Below are positions 49,469 through 62,126 of a stretch of DNA of 64,000 bases, in pieces. The position numbers and the translations under genes were made by a program. Below the pieces are notes generated by a model, which saw only the letters and a list, made by a program, of their open reading frames with translations, searched no databases and was not told where the DNA came from. Where the stretch lies: NCBI GenBank assembly GCA_964614945.1, contig CAZTNW010000003.1, positions 72,838 through 136,837 of the forward strand, given 5' to 3'. The DNA is from an uncultured bacterium (GTDB lineage Bacteria; Caldisericota; JANLFM01). Position 1 is the first letter of the stretch; every line of letters starts with the position of its first letter.

Positions 49469-50293
49469 ATGATGAGAGTTTTTATCTCCGTGGACCTTGA
49501 AGGCATTTCTGGCGTTGTTTCGTGGGAGCAGGTAATGGAGAACAATCCGGAATATGCAAAAGCGGCGGAGCTGATGCTGAAGGAAGTGAACGCGGCGGTA
49601 GAAGGAGCTTTAGAGGGAGGGGCCGATTATATCCTGGTTAACGACAGCCATTCTTTCATGAGAAATTTACCCGCTGAAGGGCTGCACCCGAAGGCCGACC
49701 TCATTTCCGGAAGCATTAAGCCCTTGAGCATGGCGCAGGGAGTGGAGGGCGGATTCGACCTGGCCTTCTTCATTGGTTATCACGCCGCTGCAGGAAGCAG
49801 ATGGGGTATCTGCAACCATACCTACTCCAGCCGGTCGGTATTTCAGGTAAGGTGGAACGGGATGGAGATGAACGAAACTGCTATCAACGCAGCAGTGTGC
49901 GGCTACTTCGGCGCTCCCGTAGCCCTGGTGAGTGGAGATGAGGAGACGGTGAAGCAAGCGAAAGAACTGCTCCCGCAAATTGAGACAGTGACCAGTAAAA
50001 AGGCCGTCTCCTCTTTCTCCGCTATTTGCCGCCCGCCCTCCTCCATCCGTCAGGAAATCAAGAGCAAGGCAAAAACTGCCATCGGGAGAGCTTGCGACCT
50101 CAAACCTTTCCTCCTGGGAAAGCCAGTCCAGCTCGAAATCACGATGACCCAATCAGCAAAGGCCGACGTGGCTGAGCTCGTGCCCGAGACGGAGAGAATC
50201 GACGGCCGGACGATCGCCTACCGGGCTGAGGATATCCTCCAGGCTTTCCGGGTGATGCAAGTCTATCTTCTGCTGGCAAGGGTAATCCCTTAG
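49469..50293 (+). CDS. dppA: M55 family D-aminopeptidase
   Basis: 274 aa; N-terminal VFISVDLEGISGV typical of DppA. Confidence 0.8.
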   Translation: MMRVFISVDLEGISGVVSWEQVMENNPEYAKAAELMLKEVNAAVEGALEGGADYILVNDSHSFMRNLPAEGLHPKADLISGSIKPLSMAQGVEGGFDLAFFIGYHAAAGSRWGICNHTYSSRSVFQVRWNGMEMNETAINAAVCGYFGAPVALVSGDEETVKQAKELLPQIETVTSKKAVSSFSAICRPPSSIRQEIKSKAKTAIGRACDLKPFLLGKPVQLEITMTQSAKADVAELVPETERIDGRTIAYRAEDILQAFRVMQVYLLLARVIP

Positions 50294-50305
50294 GGCAGAG
50301 AATAT

Positions 50306-50329
50306 CTTTGAGCAAGGACAAACTTCAAG
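50306..50329. promoter_or_regulatory. imperfect inverted repeat resembling an HspR-associated inverted repeat (HAIR)
   Basis: CTTTGAGC-AAGGACAA-ACTTCAAG about 130 nt upstream of hspR; compared with CTTGAGT-N7-ACTCAAG consensus from memory; match is imperfect. Confidence 0.25.
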
Positions 50330-50458
50330 AAGAGGCGCACCTCATAAAGCTCCCTCCCTGTCCTTTAATGTGGCGTTCCCTGTCGGTTACTCTCTAATAA
50401 ATCACGCAATTCGGGAATAAAACTTAACGGAAAAATGTAAATAATTTAGAGAAGGAAA

Positions 50459-50755
50459 ATGAGGACCATGAAGATCCAGGAGCCGGTATATACCATATCC
50501 ATCGCGGCAAGACTCGTCGGGGTACAACCGCGAGCCCTTCGATTATACGAGGAGCTGGGACTTGTCACCCCCAGAAGAAGGAAAGCGGGCCATCGTATCT
50601 ACAGCCCGGAGGAAGTCGAGCTCTTGATTTTCATCAGGCGCCTCATTGAGACAAGAAGAGTGAATCTGGCGGGGATCAAGCTCGTCCTGGAAATAACGCG
50701 TCATTTCAATATCGAGCTGGATTCCCTGCTGGAGATAAAAATGGAAAGGAGGTAG
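50459..50755 (+). CDS. hspR: MerR-family heat-shock repressor HspR-like
   Basis: 98 aa; HTH YTISIAARLVGVQPRALRLYEELGLV and NLAGIKLVLEI block as in HspR; heads a chaperone operon. Confidence 0.75.
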   Translation: MRTMKIQEPVYTISIAARLVGVQPRALRLYEELGLVTPRRRKAGHRIYSPEEVELLIFIRRLIETRRVNLAGIKLVLEITRHFNIELDSLLEIKMERR

Positions 50756-50759
50756 AAAC

Positions 50760-51212
50760 ATGACCAGTATCATACGTTGGGACCCTTTAGCGGAATTTGA
50801 GTCGTTCCGCCATGAGATGGAAAAGCTTTTCAGGGAGTCTTTCGGTCGCCGAAAGCTTCTGCCGGAATCAGTCCATGAGACAATTTGGTCTCCCGCCATC
50901 GACATGTTCGAGGCCGAAAATGAAGTCGTGGTCAAGGCGATGCTTCCAGGGCTGAAAAAAGAGGACCTCGAGCTCTCTTTCGCCGACGACACTCTGACCA
51001 TCAAGGGAGAAAGCAAGCTCGCAGAAGAGACCAAGAAGAAGAATTATTACAGGCGAGAGATCGCTTACGGCCAATTCCTGCGCACCATCCCCATTCCTGT
51101 TCCCGTAAAGGACGACCAGATAGAAGCTGAGTTCAAGAATGGAATCCTCGAAGTACGACTGCCGAAAAGCGAGGAAGCCAAGCCGAAAATCCACAAAGTG
51201 GAAGTCAAGTAA
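50760..51212 (+). CDS. Hsp20 / alpha-crystallin family small heat-shock protein
   Basis: 150 aa; alpha-crystallin domain ending GILEVRLPK. Confidence 0.9.
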   Translation: MTSIIRWDPLAEFESFRHEMEKLFRESFGRRKLLPESVHETIWSPAIDMFEAENEVVVKAMLPGLKKEDLELSFADDTLTIKGESKLAEETKKKNYYRREIAYGQFLRTIPIPVPVKDDQIEAEFKNGILEVRLPKSEEAKPKIHKVEVK

Positions 51213-51217
51213 AGCAT

Positions 51218-51253
51218 TTCTTAGCAGCCGGGGGATCCCCCGGCTGCTAAGAA
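51218..51253. repeat. perfect 36-bp palindrome (stem-loop) between hsp20 and cbpA
   Basis: TTCTTAGCAGCCGGGGGA|TCCCCCGGCTGCTAAGAA, starts 6 nt after hsp20 stop, ends 23 nt before cbpA ATG; no U-tract follows. Confidence 0.6.
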
Positions 51254-51276
51254 TCAAGATCGGAAGGCTCGAATAG

Positions 51277-52185
51277 ATGGAATTCAAAGACTACTATCAA
51301 ATTCTTGGTGTTCCCCGAAATGCCGACGAGAAAACTATAAAACGTGCATACCGTGAACTGGCGCGTAAATATCATCCCGACACAAATGCCAAGGACAAGA
51401 GCTTAGAGGAAAAATTCCGGGAGATCAATGAGGCTTACCAGGTCCTTTCCAATCCAGACAAAAGGGCTAAATACGACCAGTTGGGCTCGAACTGGGAGGA
51501 ATTATCTCAGCGCACAGCTTATACGGGTGGAGAACCCTTCGCAGATTTCGATATCGGGCAGGCTCCCTTTTCCGATTTTTTCCGCGTCTTCTTCGGGGGA
51601 AATGACGTCATGTCGGGCTTTACCCAAGCAAAACGGAGGGCTCGTCGGATCAAGGGTGAGGACGCGCTCGTAAGAGTCGAGATCACCCTGGAAGAGGCCT
51701 TCAATGGATCTACTCGCTCCCTCGACCTGAGGATGAACAGAAAGCAGAAGAGGCTGGAGGTTAAAATTCCAGCAGGTGTCGAGAATGGAACGAGAATCCG
51801 TCTGCGAGGACAGGGCTATCCCTCTTCGAGCGGAGGTGAGGCTGGAGATCTTTACCTGGAAGTAAAAATCTTGCCTCATCCCTACTTCGAAAGAAAGGGT
51901 GCCGATGTGTATATCGAGATCCCTGTCACCCTGGCGGAAGCGGTCCTGGGGGCAAAAATCGAGGTTCCCAGCCTGAAAGATAAGGTTCTACTCTCCATTC
52001 CTCCAGAGACTCAGAATGGAGCACTGATCCGTCTCAAGGGTCTCGGTTTTCCTCCTGCCGGGGCAGAATACGTGAAGGTAAAGGTCGTCCTGCCAGACCA
52101 TCTGAGCATGGAGGAAAAGAAGCTCTTCGAGGAGCTCAAAAAACACGAAAGTAAGAATCCTCGGGCTCACATGGGTCTGGCATAA
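51277..52185 (+). CDS. cbpA: J-domain co-chaperone, CbpA type (no zinc-finger domain)
   Basis: 302 aa; J domain (DYYQILGV...[14 protein letters not shown]), G/F-rich linker, two C-terminal substrate-binding domains; no CxxCxGxG repeats. Confidence 0.85.
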   Translation: MEFKDYYQILGVPRNADEKTIKRAYRELARKYHPDTNAKDKSLEEKFREINEAYQVLSNPDKRAKYDQLGSNWEELSQRTAYTGGEPFADFDIGQAPFSDFFRVFFGGNDVMSGFTQAKRRARRIKGEDALVRVEITLEEAFNGSTRSLDLRMNRKQKRLEVKIPAGVENGTRIRLRGQGYPSSSGGEAGDLYLEVKILPHPYFERKGADVYIEIPVTLAEAVLGAKIEVPSLKDKVLLSIPPETQNGALIRLKGLGFPPAGAEYVKVKVVLPDHLSMEEKKLFEELKKHESKNPRAHMGLA

Positions 52186-52206
52186 TACCCGAATCAATTT
52201 TCAGAG

Positions 52207-54822
52207 GTGATTTATATGGCTTTTCAGATGGATCAATTCACGATTAAAGCGCAGGAGTCGATCGCGGAAGCGCAAGCTCTCGCCGAAAAAAAACACAATC
52301 CCTCCTTAGAGCCCGAGCATCTGCTTCAGGCTCTTCTGGGCCAGGCCGACGGCTTAGTTCTACCTATATTCCAGCGGCTAGGGATCGATGTTCCTGCCTT
52401 TCAAACTCAACTTGAGGCGGAATTGTCCTCGCTGCCGCAGATATACGGCCCGGGTCAGCTCTATTTAGGACCGCGGTTGAAACGAGTACTGGATGCGGCT
52501 GCGGTTGAGGCGGAAAAGCTCAGGGACAGGTACATCTCCACGGAACACCTACTCCTATCAATGTCTGAAGAAAGAGAGGGCGGCGTGTCCCGGCTCTACA
52601 AAAAATTCGGCCTCACCCGGGACAATCTCCTGCAGGCCTTGGCCCGAATCCGCGGGAGTCAGAGGGTGCTTGATCAAACTCCCGAGGACAAATACCAGGT
52701 CTTGGAGAAGTACGGGAGGGACCTCACCCAGCTCGCTAAGCGAGGCAAGCTAGATCCGGTGATCGGCCGCGATGAGGAGATCCGCCGCGTGATCCAGGTC
52801 CTGTCACGTCGAACAAAGAACAACCCCGTCCTGATTGGAGAGCCTGGGGTAGGAAAGACGGCGATTGTGGAAGGTCTCGCGCAAAGGATCGCTTCCTCCG
52901 ATGTGCCAGAGGGCCTTAAGAATAAAAGAGTGGTCGCGCTGGATATAGGAGCATTGGTTGCTGGCGCCAAATTTCGCGGGGAATTCGAGGAACGCCTGAA
53001 GGCGGTCTTGAAAGAGGTAACCTCTTCCGAAGGAAAGGTAATTCTATTTATCGACGAGCTCCATACCCTGGTCGGTGCAGGTGCGGCAGAGGGAGCAGTA
53101 GACGCTTCCAATATGCTCAAGCCGGCCCTGGCGCGAGGAGAGTTGAGAGCGGTCGGCGCCACTACCCTGGATGAGTATCGCAAGCGCATTGAGAAGGACC
53201 CGGCCTTAGAGCGCAGGTTCCAGCCGGTGTTCGTGGGTGAGCCGACCGTGGAGGACACAATTGCTATTCTCAGGGGCCTGAAGGAGCGCTATGAGGTCCA
53301 CCACGGGGTGAAGATCAAGGACGCAGCGCTGGTGGCTGCCGCCATTCTTTCCCACCGCTATATCAGCGACCGATTTCTCCCCGACAAAGCCATTGACCTC
53401 GTGGACGAAGCCGCAGCCAGACTGCGGATGGAAATCGACAGCCTGCCGACGGAACTGGACGAAGTGGAAAGACACCTGAGGCAACTGGAGATCGAGAGAC
53501 AGGCGGTGAAAAAAGACAAAGATCCCGGATCGGTCGCCCACCTGGAGAAAATCGAGGGGGAAATTACCGAGCTCCGGGAAAAGGCTCAGGCCATGAGAGC
53601 CCAATGGCAGGCAGAAAAAACGTTCCTGGAGAAAATCCGCGAGACCAAGGAGAAAATCGAGGCGACGAAGAGGGAAGAGCAACAGGCTGAACTGCGGGGA
53701 GATCTGGACAAGGCAGCGGAATTGCGCTTCGGCATCCGTCCGGCTCTACTGAAGGAGCTAGATGAGCATAACAGGAAACTCAGTGAAATTCAGAAGGAGC
53801 AGAAAATGCTCAAGGAAGAGGTGGATGAGGAAGATATCGCCGAAATAGTCTCCAAGTGGACAGGGATCCCTCTTACCCGATTGATGGAAGGAGAGATCCA
53901 GAAGCTCGTGCAGATGGAAGATCGTCTGCGGTTGCGGGTTGTTGGGCAGGAGGAGGCGATCGAAAAAGTTTCCAATGCCGTGCGTCGTGCACGCTCGGGC
54001 CTGGCCGATCCCAACAGGCCGTTAGGCTCATTCATCTTCCTCGGCCCCACGGGGGTGGGAAAGACTGAACTGGCCAGGACACTGGCCGAATTCCTCTTTG
54101 ATGACGAGAGGGCCATGGTGCGCCTGGATATGTCGGAGTACATGGAAAGGCATACCGTTTCGCGCCTGATCGGCGCTCCCCCCGGTTATGTAGGGTATGA
54201 AGAGGGAGGGCAGCTCACCGAGGCGGTGCGGCGCCGGCCTTACTCGGTTCTGTTGCTCGACGAGATCGAGAAAGCCCATTCAGATGTTTTCAATATTCTG
54301 CTGCAGATCCTGGAGGACGGTCGGCTCACCAACGGACAGGGAAGGACAGTAGATTTCAAGAACACGGTCGTGATCATGACCTCTAATATAGGCAGTCAAT
54401 TCATACAGGATCTCTCGCACGATGCCGAGGAGATGAAAAGACGTGTTCAGGACGCCTTGCGTCTTCAGTTCCGCCCGGAGTTTCTCAATCGGATCGACGA
54501 GATCATCGTCTTCAACAGCCTGGGCAAAGAGGAGACCAAGAAGATAGTGGATATTCAAATCATGGAATTGGAGAAACGCCTAGAGACAAAAGGCATTCAG
54601 CTGAAAGTTTCCGATGCTGCGCGGGGGCTTCTGGCCGACCTGGGCTTCGACCCGGATTACGGGGCTCGTCCGCTCAAGCGCACGATGCAGCGAGAGATCA
54701 TGGACAACCTCGCCAGGAAAGTGTTGGAGGGGGAATTTAAAGAGGGGGACACTGTCCTGATCGGGGAAAAGCAGGGAAATCTAACTTTCGAAAAGGAACC
54801 CCCTACCGCTACTCCCCGATAA
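52207..54822 (+). CDS. clpB: ATP-dependent chaperone ClpB
   Basis: 871 aa; two AAA+ modules ([16 protein letters not shown] Walker A) separated by long coiled-coil middle domain. Confidence 0.95.
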   Translation: MIYMAFQMDQFTIKAQESIAEAQALAEKKHNPSLEPEHLLQALLGQADGLVLPIFQRLGIDVPAFQTQLEAELSSLPQIYGPGQLYLGPRLKRVLDAAAVEAEKLRDRYISTEHLLLSMSEEREGGVSRLYKKFGLTRDNLLQALARIRGSQRVLDQTPEDKYQVLEKYGRDLTQLAKRGKLDPVIGRDEEIRRVIQVLSRRTKNNPVLIGEPGVGKTAIVEGLAQRIASSDVPEGLKNKRVVALDIGALVAGAKFRGEFEERLKAVLKEVTSSEGKVILFIDELHTLVGAGAAEGAVDASNMLKPALARGELRAVGATTLDEYRKRIEKDPALERRFQPVFVGEPTVEDTIAILRGLKERYEVHHGVKIKDAALVAAAILSHRYISDRFLPDKAIDLVDEAAARLRMEIDSLPTELDEVERHLRQLEIERQAVKKDKDPGSVAHLEKIEGEITELREKAQAMRAQWQAEKTFLEKIRETKEKIEATKREEQQAELRGDLDKAAELRFGIRPALLKELDEHNRKLSEIQKEQKMLKEEVDEEDIAEIVSKWTGIPLTRLMEGEIQKLVQMEDRLRLRVVGQEEAIEKVSNAVRRARSGLADPNRPLGSFIFLGPTGVGKTELARTLAEFLFDDERAMVRLDMSEYMERHTVSRLIGAPPGYVGYEEGGQLTEAVRRRPYSVLLLDEIEKAHSDVFNILLQILEDGRLTNGQGRTVDFKNTVVIMTSNIGSQFIQDLSHDAEEMKRRVQDALRLQFRPEFLNRIDEIIVFNSLGKEETKKIVDIQIMELEKRLETKGIQLKVSDAARGLLADLGFDPDYGARPLKRTMQREIMDNLARKVLEGEFKEGDTVLIGEKQGNLTFEKEPPTATPR

Positions 54823-55216
54823 TCGTCACAACGATTTCGCGCTGACGGGGACCGTCCAGCTCCAAGAAAAATACGCTTTGCCAGGTTCCGATCCCTAACG
54901 AACCGTTAATAACCGGGATGATGCGAGAATTTCCCAGGATGAAGGATTTAAGATGGGCATGGGCATTGTGCCCATGAGACCAGCCTTCCCCCCTTTTTAT
55001 CCAGCCAGAGAGAAGGCGGAGAAGATCCTGTTTCAAGGCTGGCTCATTTTCGTTGACCAGGATAGCTGTTGTCGTGTGTCCGCTGTGGACATGGCAGATT
55101 CCACGCTGGATACCACCTGCCTTCACCAATTTTTCCACCTCCTGAGTAATGTCGACCAATTCCTGCACTTCCCTGGTCCTAATTGAGAAAGATTTAAATA
55201 GAACCATCTGCGCCAT
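54809..55216 (-). CDS. yjbQ: YjbQ family protein (UPF0047, secondary thiamine-phosphate synthase)
   Basis: ORF 54809..55255; [18 protein letters not shown] and [10 protein letters not shown] blocks; likely start at internal Met; convergent overlap with clpB stop. Confidence 0.8.
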   Translation of the reverse strand: MAQMVLFKSFSIRTREVQELVDITQEVEKLVKAGGIQRGICHVHSGHTTTAILVNENEPALKQDLLRLLSGWIKRGEGWSHGHNAHAHLKSFILGNSRIIPVINGSLGIGTWQSVFFLELDGPRQREIVVTIIGE

Positions 55217-55218
55217 CC

Positions 55219-56283
55219 TCAAAACATATCGTAATCGCCCGAAGTAATGTACCAATTTTCCAGGGACGCCAGGTCATTGTGGGGAATGCTCTGATCGGGC
55301 GAGACAGCAATCAGTGGCTGGTGCTTCGATCTCAGGCGGAACCCGGCATCCCGATAAGCTGGGAGAAAGGGCGAATGGGGCAAAAGCCAGGAAGCGACGA
55401 TCCCCACTTTCTTCGCTTTCAGATAGCTTAAAATCAGGCCCAGTAGAAAAGCAGCGAGCACCGGGTTCCAGCCCAGCGTGAAAAGCTCGCCGATAGAAGC
55501 CAGACGATACTGAAGGTCGACAGTACGGACTACCGTCATACCCAAAATCTGGCGGTCATCTTTACGGGTCAGGTAAAAGGCCTCGTAGCCGGCGGAGGGA
55601 TGATCGAGGTAGCGCCAGTTCAGGTATGCCGAGGTCCTCTCGATCATGAAGGGGAAGCGATCTCTCGCCTTCTCCCAGAATTCGTCCATTTCGGGCCCAA
55701 ACCGCTCAACCCTTTTCAGGACATACGGACCTGCCTTTTCTCTGCCCCAGAAATAAAGGCGGAGAAAAGGGGAAGCGAGAGCGCCGATCAAGCAACACAG
55801 TCTCGGGGAAGCAAGACGAGCCTGCAAGGCTTGGGGAAGGTCGAGGACTTTGATCAGGCGCCAGACTTTACCCACCTCCGCCCAGCCGAAACGGCTGACG
55901 TAGCCCTTGTAGGAATTCTTGTTGGGGAAACCGTAATAAAGGGGAACACCCTTCCTTTTTCCCTCCTCAAGCGAAAGCATGGCCAGCCGCTTAAAAATTC
56001 CTCGTCCGCGGAAGGCCGGTTCCGTCATCGTGTCTACGGACTGCGCCCCAATAACCGAGCCCCCCGGAGTTTTCACCGGCACAAAAAAGAGGGCTTCCTG
56101 GGCGACAATACGATCCTGGAAGCGCGCCAAGCAGATAATCGGGGAGTCAAAGGGGTTCGCCTCGTACTCCCACTTCCAGTCGCTCAGGTCGCGCTGGATT
56201 TTCGGGAAAATCTTGCTATAGAGGGCAAGAATCCCTTCCTCGTCCCCGGGGTGGTAAAATCCAAAATCGATATCCTCGCTCAT
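55219..56283 (-). CDS. GNAT-like acyltransferase family protein (FemAB/Acetyltransf_6-like)
   Basis: 354 aa; general resemblance to large GNAT-fold proteins; function unassigned. Confidence 0.55.
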   Translation of the reverse strand: MSEDIDFGFYHPGDEEGILALYSKIFPKIQRDLSDWKWEYEANPFDSPIICLARFQDRIVAQEALFFVPVKTPGGSVIGAQSVDTMTEPAFRGRGIFKRLAMLSLEEGKRKGVPLYYGFPNKNSYKGYVSRFGWAEVGKVWRLIKVLDLPQALQARLASPRLCCLIGALASPFLRLYFWGREKAGPYVLKRVERFGPEMDEFWEKARDRFPFMIERTSAYLNWRYLDHPSAGYEAFYLTRKDDRQILGMTVVRTVDLQYRLASIGELFTLGWNPVLAAFLLGLILSYLKAKKVGIVASWLLPHSPFLPAYRDAGFRLRSKHQPLIAVSPDQSIPHNDLASLENWYITSGDYDMF

Positions 56284-56362
56284 TAGCTCTATTATACGAA
56301 AAATCAGGATTCATACCGCTTTCAGAATAAAGATACTTATGCGAAGATAGTGGTCAAAGAAG

Positions 56363-57208
56363 ATGATCCCTGACTATCATGTACATTCGGACCTATCTAT
56401 TGATGCGCGAGGGTCAATCTGTGATTACGCTCGGAAAGCTACAACGCTCGGGCTCGAAGAGATTTGCTTCACCCCCCATTTGGATCTCGACCCGGAGCGC
56501 TCCCCGAAGGACGGATGGGTCAGAATCAACGGCGGCTACATTCCCAACAGTGACCTGGATTGGGTCTCTGCTTACTTTGAGGAAATTGAAAAAGCAGAGG
56601 ATGAGACGAGCCTGATCATCAGGAAAGGGCTGGAGGTAGACTATTTTCCCAGTGTGGAGAAATGGCTGCTTCCTTTCTTTCAGTTTCCCTGGGATTTCGT
56701 GCTCGGCTCAGTACACTGCCTGGAGCACCTTGATCTGGTCAATCGCCAAGAGGGCCTGCGGTTACTTGAGCGGCACAGCCTCGAGAAAATCGCGGAGCTC
56801 TTTATCAGCGCCACCGCAGAAGCCATTCGATCGGGCCTGTTTAATGCTATCGCCCATCTCGATAGCTTTCGGCGATCCAAATTGTCCGGTTTCAACCATG
56901 ATTTCAGGGAAAACTTCCTGCAACACTCACAGGAAGTTTTAGTCTTGCTCAAAGAAAGGGCGGTGGCTTTAGAAATAAATACGAGTGGATTCGGGAAATA
57001 CCGCATGGAGGAAACCTTTCCCGGCCTGGAGCTGCTCAAGAAAGCTAAATCCTGCGGAATAGAACTGATCACCTTCGGGTCAGACAGCCACTCTGTCAGC
57101 GATCTGGCTTGCGGTTTCCCTCAGGCGATCAGCCTCGCTCATCGAGCCGGGTTTGAGGGAACCTGTACTTATAAAGGAGGAAAAGTTGAATCGGTCATCT
57201 CTTTCTGA
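56363..57208 (+). CDS. PHP-family histidinol-phosphatase-like hydrolase
   Basis: 281 aa; N-terminal DYHVHS metal-binding motif and further His/Asp-rich PHP blocks. Confidence 0.75.
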   Translation: MIPDYHVHSDLSIDARGSICDYARKATTLGLEEICFTPHLDLDPERSPKDGWVRINGGYIPNSDLDWVSAYFEEIEKAEDETSLIIRKGLEVDYFPSVEKWLLPFFQFPWDFVLGSVHCLEHLDLVNRQEGLRLLERHSLEKIAELFISATAEAIRSGLFNAIAHLDSFRRSKLSGFNHDFRENFLQHSQEVLVLLKERAVALEINTSGFGKYRMEETFPGLELLKKAKSCGIELITFGSDSHSVSDLACGFPQAISLAHRAGFEGTCTYKGGKVESVISF

Positions 57209-58154
57209 AAGATTGCAGCTGAGCAGTTTCCCTACCCCTCTGGAGAGGATGGAAAACCTATCACGTGTTTTCCAGTCGGAAATTTACGTAAAACGGGATG
57301 ACCTGATCTCCCCGGCCGGAGGAGGAAACAAGGTACGCAAGCTGGAATTCCTTCTGGCCGACGCCCTTCGGAAGGGCGCGAGGTCGGTACTCACAATCGG
57401 GGCCATGCAGTCCAATCACTGCCGCCAGACCGCCCTCCTCGCCTCCCGTCTGGGAATGAAACCACATCTGATTCTCATGGGAGAAAAACCTGATTCGAAA
57501 CAGGGAAACTTCCTTCTCTTCTCCCTGGCCGAAGCAACTCTGCATTTCAGGACAAAAGACCTCAAAGAGGGTGAAAAAGTCCTCGCCGATGTGCGGAGGA
57601 CATTGCAAGAAGAGGGTGAGGAACCATATTTGATTCCTTACGGTGGTTCCAATCACCTGGGGGTACAGGGCTACACCTTCGCCTGGAAAGAGCTACTCTC
57701 CCAGAGCGAGCGCAAGAAGCTCTACTTCGACTTCATAATCATCGCAGCAAGTTCAGGGGGAACCCAGGCGGGACTCCTTCTCGGCCAGGAACTGTTCGGA
57801 GGAGAGGGGAAAATAATCGGGATCAGTGTGGGACCGTCCGCCCTAGAGCTGGAGAGAAAAGTAGAGAGTCTGTATTCCGGGACAGCCGAGTTTCTCAAAA
57901 AGACTCCAAAGGAGAAGAGCGCAGATATTCGCGATGAATTCGTCGGGCCGGGCTACGGACAGCTCGATCCAAGAACAAAAGAGGCTATTTCCGTGGGAGT
58001 CAAGCAAGAAGCGCTGCTTCTCGATCCGGTGTACACGGGAAAAGCATTCGCGGGCATGCTCAGCCTCCTGAAGGAGAAGGAGATAGGAGGGAGAGTATTG
58101 TTCTGGCACACAGGAGGGATACCGGCCCTTTATAATTACGCTTCATCCTTTTAA
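57186..58154 (+). CDS. PLP-dependent D-cysteine desulfhydrase / ACC deaminase family protein
   Basis: ORF 57153..58154; GGNKVRKLEFLLADAL block; GGAGG RBS favours TTG at 57186 as start. Confidence 0.8.
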   Translation: MNRSSLSERLQLSSFPTPLERMENLSRVFQSEIYVKRDDLISPAGGGNKVRKLEFLLADALRKGARSVLTIGAMQSNHCRQTALLASRLGMKPHLILMGEKPDSKQGNFLLFSLAEATLHFRTKDLKEGEKVLADVRRTLQEEGEEPYLIPYGGSNHLGVQGYTFAWKELLSQSERKKLYFDFIIIAASSGGTQAGLLLGQELFGGEGKIIGISVGPSALELERKVESLYSGTAEFLKKTPKEKSADIRDEFVGPGYGQLDPRTKEAISVGVKQEALLLDPVYTGKAFAGMLSLLKEKEIGGRVLFWHTGGIPALYNYASSF

Positions 58155-58194
58155 GTTCATGTGATATGGTCAAGGGAGAGGAGATTTTCTGACG

Positions 58195-59051
58195 ATGAGC
58201 ACTGCGGAGACATTGACTCTCTTATTCTGGGTTTTATTGCTCCTTGCCCTATTTGTCCCCTTCTTCCGCCAGAGAATCAAACAGCTTGAGAGGTTCCGGG
58301 CTCTGCGTGAGCTGGAAATGCAAAGAGGGTCGAGAGTCATCACCTTAATCCATCGCCAGGAGGCTCTCTCCTTTCTGGGGATCCCCCTATTTCGCTTCAT
58401 GGATATAGAGGACTCCGAGCAAATCCTGCGCGCCATCCGCCTGACCCCTGAAGCGATGCCTATTGATTTAATCATTCATACTCCCGGGGGGCTGGTCCTC
58501 GCCGCGGAGCAAATTGCCCACGCCCTGAAGGCCCATAGGGGAAAAATCTGCGTGATGGTTCCTCATTATGCCATGTCGGGAGGAACTTTGATCGCACTCG
58601 GCGCCCACGAGATTCGCCTGGATGAGAACGCCGTCCTCGGCCCGGTTGATCCCCAGTTGGGATCCCGGGACGGAGGATTTTATCCAGCCAATTCCATCCT
58701 CAAGGTTTTGGAACAAAAACCGATCAAGGAGATCGAAGACAGCACATTGATCCTGGCGGATATCGCACGAAAAGCTATCAACCAGGTCAAGTCCTTCATT
58801 CAATGGCTACTGGAGGATAGAGTACCTGGCGAGAAAGCCAGGGAAATTGCCTCCATCCTGGCTGAGGGTTACTGGACGCATGACGCCCCTTTAACAGTGG
58901 AGGCCTTACGGGAAATAGGATTACCAGTGGAGACAGGGCTGCCCCAGAAAGTCTACAAGTTAATGGAGCTCTACCCTCAGTCCGCAGGCAGACGACCCTC
59001 CGTTCAATACGTCCCCATTCCCTATACAGAAAAAGGAGGGGAGCGAAAGCG

Positions 59052-59055
<4 letters not shown>
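58195..59055 (+). CDS. membrane-anchored SDH-family Clp-fold serine proteinase
   Basis: 286 aa; N-terminal TM helix; IIHTPGG and HYAMSGGTLIALG blocks. Confidence 0.7.
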
Positions 59056-61198
<2,143 letters not shown>

Positions 61199-62059
61199 TC
61201 AAGAGCTCGGCGGAAGAAAGTCCTCCAGAGCGACGAATCTGTAGCCTCTCCCGCTAATTTCTTTGATCAGTTCGTCGAGAACCAAATGAGAGGATTCGCT
61301 GGCTAAGTGAAAGAGCACAATTGCCCCATCCTCTAATCGATCCATCACCCGCTCTCGCACTGACTCCGGCGTGCTCTCGACCTGCCAATCCAGGGAATCT
61401 ATCGTCCAGTACATACTCACATACCCTTCTTCCTGTAATAGCTCAAGGATTCGCCCATCTCGCTCCCCGTAAGGAGGTCGGAAAAACGGCCTGGTACTTA
61501 CACCCAGGAGATCCTGGATGCGATCCTCCACTGCCTGAATCTCCTCTACGACCTCCTCGTCCGATAGTTCGGTCAGATGAGGGTGAGTCAGGGTGTGATT
61601 GCCGAGGTTGAAACCTCGGTCATGGATAGCCTCGACCGCATCCGGGAATTGATCAATCCAAGTTCCGGTAAGGAAGAAAGTGGCCGGCACTTCATTATCA
61701 TCCAATATGGCCAGGATCTCCTCCACGTAACCTCGCCCGGCACCGCCATCGAAGGTGAAGGCGATCCGATTGCCTCCTTGAGGTCCTCGAGAAATCTCGA
61801 GCGGCTCCGAGGGAGAGTAATTCTGGTCGGGGCTGGGCGACGGGCTTCGTGTGGAGGGGAGAGAAGAAGAGGTCGATTCACTTGAGGGGCTCGGCGAAAC
61901 TGACGGGGTCATCGAGGGTGTCGGTGTTGCTCTGTCAGTAGGCATGGTCGAAGTTGTGCTCTCCCGGGAAGAGCCTGAAGGCAGCGGAGGTAGAAATTGA
62001 CAAGATACTAACGCTAGCCCCAAAAGTAGCAGGGAGAAATAGAGCAATTTTCTCTTCAT
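61199..62059 (-). CDS. polysaccharide deacetylase (NodB-homology) lipoprotein with Ser/Pro/Thr-rich linker
   Basis: 286 aa; signal peptide with lipobox-like LVSC; low-complexity S/P/T stretch; NodB blocks FTFDGG and NHTLTHPHL. Confidence 0.8.
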   Translation of the reverse strand: MKRKLLYFSLLLLGLALVSCQFLPPLPSGSSRESTTSTMPTDRATPTPSMTPSVSPSPSSESTSSSLPSTRSPSPSPDQNYSPSEPLEISRGPQGGNRIAFTFDGGAGRGYVEEILAILDDNEVPATFFLTGTWIDQFPDAVEAIHDRGFNLGNHTLTHPHLTELSDEEVVEEIQAVEDRIQDLLGVSTRPFFRPPYGERDGRILELLQEEGYVSMYWTIDSLDWQVESTPESVRERVMDRLEDGAIVLFHLASESSHLVLDELIKEISGRGYRFVALEDFLPPSS

Positions 62060-62126
62060 TTTTGCAGTATATCATTGAAAGGAAAAATGTTTGAGCATGG
62101 AGCTCAAGTAGCATAGAATATTAGCT

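Noticed and set aside
51277-52185. Calling the J-domain protein DnaJ
   Set aside because: No CxxCxGxG zinc-finger repeats and no adjacent dnaK/grpE; CbpA-type co-chaperone is the better fit.
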